From Andalucia godoyi And28 (lineage: Eukaryota; Protista; Jakobida), in NCBI GenBank assembly GCA_009859145.1, contig VRVR01000049.1:1-64000 (forward strand): 64,000 bases of DNA, in the 5' to 3' direction. Each line of letters starts with the position of its first letter. Positions within the stretch are counted from its first letter, which is position 1. Below are positions 63,426-64,000 of the stretch, one piece after another. Below the pieces are notes generated by a model that saw only the letters and a program-made list of their open reading frames with translations, did no database searches and was not told the origin of the DNA. The position numbers and the translations under genes were made by a program.

Positions 63426-63614
63426 CGGTGGTGGAATTGGCCAATAACGTTTCTTCTCTATTATTTTTTCTTTTCTATACGTTTACGTTGTTGTTTTGTT
63501 TTTCTCTTTTCTTTTTTCCTTCCCTTTTCTGAAATAAAAACACTTGCGACTCTATTCCACCTGCCGTAGAAAAATAGTAGAGTACCTCTCACTTGATACT
63601 GGATACTTGAGGCT

Positions 63615-63659
63615 TGTCAGCGTGTCAGCGTGTCAGCGTGTCAGCGTGTCAGCGTGTCA
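63615..63659. repeat. Octamer tandem repeat (TGTCAGCG)5.6
   Basis: Five full units plus a partial unit in the intergenic region. Confidence 0.93.
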
Positions 63660-63826
63660 TTCACACTGTATGTATTTAATTTTTTTACTATATCTATTTA
63701 AATAGAAAATTCCTTTTTATAAATTTAAATTTGCATTTTTTTTATGATTCGTGAATTGCATCTATTGGGAGGACCTTCGTGTTGTTCTCCTTGCTGAAGT
63801 CTAGAACACCGCAGAGAGTTGAAATC

Positions 63827-64000
63827 ATGATGTTTTTGGAATCAGAAAAGGTGAAGACTGTGTACTTTTTTAGACACGCAGAAGCAACACACAATGCGGC
63901 GTCCAAGGCTTCGGCAGCGGATCACGGGACGGCAAGCCGACTGTCTGCGTTCCTTGATCCTGCACATATTGATGCGCGATTGACAGAAACGGGAATTGCT
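63827..64000 (+). CDS. Histidine phosphatase / phosphoglycerate mutase-like protein, 5' part (runs off window)
   Basis: MMFLESEKVKTVYFFRHAEATHN...DARLTETG: RHx phosphohistidine motif and D..LT..G motif. Confidence 0.85.
   Translation, partial: MMFLESEKVKTVYFFRHAEATHNAASKASAADHGTASRLSAFLDPAHIDARLTETGIA

Noticed and set aside
57424-63659. Short tandem repeats as CRISPR-like arrays
   Set aside because: The units are contiguous 7-8-mers with no spacers, and there are no cas genes.

Overview
Left end of a eukaryotic chromosome. It opens with 28 copies of the telomeric repeat CCCTAA (4-171). A roughly 21 kb subtelomeric accessory zone follows, holding orphan ORFs, frameshifted gene remnants, secreted proteins, a class 3 lipase and an intact bacterial-type GmrSD/SspE-like DUF262+DUF1524 nuclease with an acidic tail and a C-terminal basic NLS-like motif. 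From about 21.3 kb onward is a dense, apparently intronless core-gene region on both strands: MMS22L-like, DDHD phospholipase, LPCAT, COX10, PP6, LKB1-like kinase, ETFRF1, TMEM147, RADX-like, PhyH dioxygenase, VPS41, NDUFA7, gamma-tubulin, p23, DDX51, Hva1-Tudor, ATM1/ABCB7, COA6, V-ATPase subunit a and a partial histidine phosphatase. There are two tRNAs (Glu-CTC; Arg-CCT with an intron). Non-coding highlights are a 31/32-bp inverted repeat with nested hairpins (4786-4910) and a 0.5-0.6 kb element duplicated in inverted orientation (37953-38569 and 47439-47948) that folds best as RNA on one strand. TTAGGG telomeres, intron-poor genes, frequent strand switches and flagellate/mitochondrial content fit a compact free-living protist genome; a jakobid such as Andalucia is a guess that cannot be confirmed here. 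All family assignments come from motif recognition by eye, not database searches.
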